A DNA stretch of 63,974 nt, counting the filler, from Barthelona sp. PAP020 (lineage: Eukaryota), in the NCBI GenBank assembly GCA_040182905.1. It is 3 parts of 3 records of this genome, joined end to end, with 100 filler letters (N's around TTAATTAATTAA, not from the genome) between each part and the next. Parts side by side here need not be neighbours in the genome. Positions count along the whole stretch, not along the records: positions 1 to 24,895 come from JARQWU010000149.1; 2 more parts are not named here. The stretch is one strand, 5' to 3'. Shown here piece after piece: positions 15,001-21,000 of this stretch. The notes under the pieces were generated by a model. That model had not been told where the DNA came from. It saw only the letters and a program-made list of their open reading frames with translations, and did no database searches. How positions within the stretch are numbered: position 1 is the first letter of the stretch; each line of letters opens with the position of its first letter. Position numbers and translations under genes: made by a program.

Positions 15001-18000
15001 TGTTGTAGGTGTGTTTTCAATAAAAATTTTTGTGTGTGATAAATTGAGGTTTTCAATGTCAAAAACCCCTGAATCGATAAATTTATTCTCATACAAATAA
15101 TTGTCATAAATTTTCATTGATTTTGCCTCAAACGAACCTCCTTCAACATCAAAACGACAAAATTCACAATCAATATCATTATTGACTGTAATGAAGGAAT
15201 TCTCACTGATCAATCGGACCGAAGGTGTAAATGAAGAAAAGAAACCTGTCGCTGTCAAAAAGCAATCATATAACTTGAAAGTTTGAAATTTTGAACCAGG
15301 GAAATATGGTGAAAATTGTTGATTGGCAGACAAATAAACTTCTGAACCACTGATTGAGAAAGTTGTTTGAGAAGAATAACAATTTGAAATGTTGACAAAT
15401 TCAGATTCAACCTTGATGTATCCATAAATTTCAATATTGTTTAAACTCAAATCAGTTGACATGATTAGATTGGCTTGGAGTACACCATTTGTCAATCTAA
15501 AATCCTTTAATTGTCCTGAAAAAGTAGACAGTACTGTTTCACCCGAAGGACTTCCAATTTCAGTTTTATTATTTACAAATATTCCCCAATCGTTTCCATC
15601 ATCAAAATTTACAATTGCTTTTTGCAGTGTTAAAGAATCAAGAATCAAATTCTCACAAGTTGAACAATTGATAAAGTTCACAGTGGTTGAAAAATCAGAA
15701 AATTGACGTATTATTAAATCACTGATTTTTAACACAGTTCCAGTGTAAAAATTAACATTTTTTATCAGAATATCAAGTGAACCTCCAGAATCAGATGCTA
15801 CTTTTGTTAAATGTATGTTAGCATGACTATTAAACTTAACTTCAGGCGTTATGCCATAATGTTCATAAAGATATTGTTCATAGGTCGTTATTTGACGGTT
15901 AATTTTCAGACTATGTAAAATTAAAGTCAAATCTACATCAAAAAAGATATCAGGCTCCACAGAAGTTTGAACAACCGAGCCTAAAATCATTCGCAATTCA
16001 GGTACATTCCAAAAACCTTTACCTATATGAAGATATTGATCACTTTCAAAAGTGATTAAATCATCAGATGAAAAATTGCCCTTGCTGGACATATTAAATG
16101 TGATGTAAGAAGGAACATCCAATTTAAGTTTATACTGTGATGATGAGGCAATTAAATGTGTAAAATTTTCAAAAATAACTTGATCATTTGTTTCATTTAA
16201 CCAGAAGGTATCATTGTAAATAATCACATTATCACTTGTATAATAAAAATTGGTCCTTCCCGATGTTAAATCTCCGTCCGCTATAAAACGTAAAGATCCA
16301 ACCCAACGTGAACGCTTAGATATCCAAATAGTTGATTCAGCCCGTTTAACAAAGGCACAATAAAAACATAATTGATATTCTTCCACTTTCACAACAGCAT
16401 TTCCAATAACAGTAACATTGGCTGACCATTCTTGTATTACATTTCGTAAACGAGTATTACCAGTCAAGTACAATTCATTTAAAGGGAATAATTTCAAATA
16501 AGTCAAAAAATCATCAAAAACAGCAAAATTTTCAATATAAATATTAACTCTTGTCATTGAACCAGTCAATGTGGCGTCATTTGAAGCGATAAATTCTTTA
16601 AAATAGATAGAATTTTCCGTGACACCAGTGTAAACAATAAATCTCCCACCTTGCAAATTTAATCGTCCCAAATGTACATCAACATCATAATTATTGATTT
16701 GAAATAAAGAATTTTCATTGGTAATAATGGAATTGATGGTTGGTGAAACGGCATAAATGTTTGTTAAATAAAAATAACATGTTTCGTGCATCACAATTTC
16801 ATCAATGAACAATTTTCCTCTGATATTTGTAAAATTTAGTCTGTTTGAATGGGATTCAATTCTATTGATAACCACAGGATTAATAATTTCAACAAATTCT
16901 AAACGGTTACCTTTGTGAATAATTTGATCGAAAAAATAAGTGTGGTTATTTTCATTTCCATAAAAATACACTTTTGCATTGTTTAAGGTTTCCAACATAA
17001 GAATATTCACATTTGCAGTTACATTAACTGTGCAAATTGATTCGTTTACAATTAATTTATCAACAGTCAAATTTGAAGCCAAAGTAAAGGTGAAATTTGC
17101 ACCATTCTCCAACCTAATTTCATTCACATGTAAATTTATGTCCGAAAGAACATCTGAAAAGACCAAACTTGATTGTTCAGTGAGATATATCTTATCAATA
17201 TACCAAGTATTATTGTCCATCATCGGATATTCATCAAATATGACTTTTCCTTCCTCAATATATATGTTATCAAAATAGAATTTGGAACCTTCAACAAAAT
17301 GAAACACTCCACCATAAACATTCAAAGAGGTACTCATTTCCCAAAATCCTCCAAATCTTACATATCCAGAAGCTGAAGTAGTGAATAAAGAACCAACACC
17401 TTTCAAAGAAACATTGTTATGAACAATAAAAGGTCCTTGAATCTCCAAAGTGGATGCAAGAACAGCATCTGAAACATCTGATAATGTTATATTATCATAT
17501 ACTACCATTGGTTGAGGTAATACTAGTCGAGAACCAGGTAAAATATTCAAACTACCCTGTAATTTTAACCTAAAATCAATAGTAATATCAGAATTAACAA
17601 TCATATCACCATTAATAATCAATAAAGGCAAAATATCAATGTTACCAGTTGTAAAAACCAATGGATAAGTGACTGAAGAAGATTCTTCTGCTCCAACATC
17701 AAAATATCCCCTTATATTACCAGGTCTACCTTCAAAACGAATAATTGAGTCAAAATAAGTGTTACCAAACATAACAATAACGTTATCACCCACTTTAAAA
17801 ACAGAATCATGATCTTTAAAATAATAATCATGGCGAAAAAGAATTTGAACACCATCTCCCACTTCATGAACGTCTTCTGAGTTCATGAATAAATATTCAC
17901 CCAAAATATCAACAACAACATTGTCATCCATAATTCCTCCTAAAAATATTGAACTGTTGCCAACTTTAAAATAACAAGGACCATTTAAATAACCACTGTA

Positions 18001-21000
18001 CATTTCAAAATTTTCCAAAGTAATATTATTAACAATCAAATATACTTCAGAATCATTCAAATGAAAAGAGTCAGTGTGAATTGACTCAATATCAGCAATA
18101 TACAACTTAGAACCATCAGTAATTTTAAACCCATCAAGATGTAAAGTTTCTGAATTGGTTATGTGTGAACAGTTCAAGATAGAAAGTGAAGCTTCAATCA
18201 ATTCGATATTATCGATAGCCATCAAACAATCCTCAAATTCAAAAGTAACTCTATACAATGCTAAATTATTAAGAATTTTGATAGTACCTCTAAATAATAT
18301 ATGTGTGTCATAATTCGTCCAAACTAAACCACCTTCATCTGTAATAGTCTCCAAATAAGTATCAGAACCAAAATCATAATCCATTCCTAATAAAGATAAA
18401 CCGGAATAGTTGCCAAGTAATAGAATTATACCATTAAAGGAAGCATCACACTGTACCTCCCAAAAACTATCCACAAATCGCATTGAAGAAGTGGAACTCA
18501 GCAAAGGTATCATTGAAGTTACAAAATGAGCATTGTTTATTGTCCAATTTCCTTCATTGATAAATTCACTATACCCATAAGTATCTTCAAAAGTGATATT
18601 TGCATTCACTTCCACTATTGCTTCAGGTAAAACTCTAATATGCCATTCAAAACCAGTAATTTCCATATGATTTTGAAAACGCCAAAAATTATAAATATTA
18701 ATATGAGTTTTATTGAATGATTGTAAGTCTGTATTTGTCTCCAAATAACCAAAATCCATCACACACTCACCAGAATAAGAAACAAAAGTAGAAAAAATAA
18801 ATTTCACATAACTAAATGTCATATTTTTTAAACATTCAAGATCCGAATTATAAAAATATAAAAATTCACCCAAAAAATAAGTTGTCCTTTGAATTAGATC
18901 AACATTATCCAAAAAGAGAATTCCTTGAATTTCAAAAACATTTCCAATTACAGTAAAAGTAGAATCTTTCATTGTAAATAGATCTAATTTTTTAACAATC
19001 TCAATATCTTCAATATCAAAAACACTCGAAAAATTGTAAGAACTTTTGGAAAAATTCAATAAACATTCTTCATTCATTGAAATTAATTTGACATCTGATA
19101 AACATATTAACTCCATGTTCATTATTAAAGTCGAACCAAAAGAAATTAGTAAATTTGAAGAATTGACGAAACAATCATGACCAAATTCAATAATTTCACT
19201 TTCCATTTCAAACACAGATTCATCAATATTTTTGAATTTTAACTTTGAATTTGTGTTGTTTATTTGGAACTTTGAGTTTGAAATGTTTAAACCTGAAAAC
19301 GCTTCAAAATTAACACCAGTAACATTGAAAATGGTACCAGCTACTTCGTAGGCATTTTTACTCAAATTTTTAATTTCCAATTTATCATCTCCATAATTTC
19401 CCAAATAACTGAAAAATGATTCTTTTAGGAGATCAAAATTGTAGTTTAATTGTTTGGTATTCTCAAAATGCATGGTACTTTGAACTAAACGACTAATATT
19501 TAAAACGATCATTGAACAATGACAAGCATCAATTAATGAATTGGTTCCATACCTGAATTTATCTAATATGACAGAACTGTTTTCAAATCTTCCATTAAAA
19601 TGATTAATATCACTGTCTACACCATACAAAAACAAATTTTTTGTATCCAATACATCAATTTGCATCTTATCAAATTCTTGAATATTACTAAATGTTAAAT
19701 TTCCATTATTTTCACATGTGATAATACTATTATCATAAAATGCGGCTTGAATGTTTAAATATTCAATCTGATCAATAAGTAAGTAGGATAAACTAACATT
19801 TTTAAAATTTCCTGAAATTCTATTCATTTCATTTACTATAATCTTTGATGCGTTAAATTTATCAATATTTAAATGTAAATCCATATTATTTGAACAATGA
19901 ACAATGGATTGATTATTAATCATTTCACCAACCATGTAAATATTTTGTGTATTGGAAATATTCAAAAGATTTCCTGACATATTTGTAAATTTAATGCTAA
20001 AAACATCAGAATAATCAATATTGAACAAATTATCAATCATATCATCATCAAAACAAACAATTTTCACATTTTCAACTTCAAAAAATTCTAATTCACTTTG
20101 AACAATACTTTTTGCAAATAATTCACCAAAATCAAAAACTTCGTTCATTTTTACATGAACACCATGAATATTTGTGTAATTATTGTTTCTGATTTCCATC
20201 ATACTAATATTTGAAACAAAAAATATCCCATTTTCAAAATTTAATGGATCAAATATCACATTAATACAATCTTCAACAACAATAAAAGTATTTAAAAACA
20301 ACAATTGCAATTTCAAGGAAATGTCATTTGAAAACAATACATTTTCAACATTATTTACATAAATTTCTTTTGTTTTATAAGATGCAAAATATAGATTCAA
20401 ATCAACTAATTCATTGAATTGTAAATGTCCAAAACCTCTTTTTTCAGATGATATTTCATCAATATTCACATAAGATACTATATTTATTGATAAATTGCCT
20501 CGAATATCAAACGCATTAATATGTTGATAAAATCCATTATGTATCAATAATAATCCTTCTAAATCTAACGAAACAATGTCATTGGAAAAAATAGAAGTTA
20601 AATCAAAAATCATTTGCCCATCAGAACTTATATTTAACAAAGTAAAATTTGTTAATAATGAACTACTAGACTCAAAAACGAATTTTCCTTTGTTCCAAAA
20701 CATATCAGTGCTTAAAGCGTAATGTCCTTTATAGTGAACGTAAGAATTCATCTCAAATCCTTTTATACTTCCCAATCCTGTTAAAGAAGAACTTTCATCA
20801 ATAATTAATGACCTAAAAACATTAATTGAACAGTCAATAACAAAAGTCCCAGAAAACCTTGAATTTGACCCAAATACTTCAACTTGAGAAATATTCATAA
20901 ACTCAACAGAATCACCTTTCAAAGCAACGTATGAACCAATAATCATTTTTTCAGTTTTAATTACAACAGAATCTTCAAATTCAATTAATCCATTCATTTC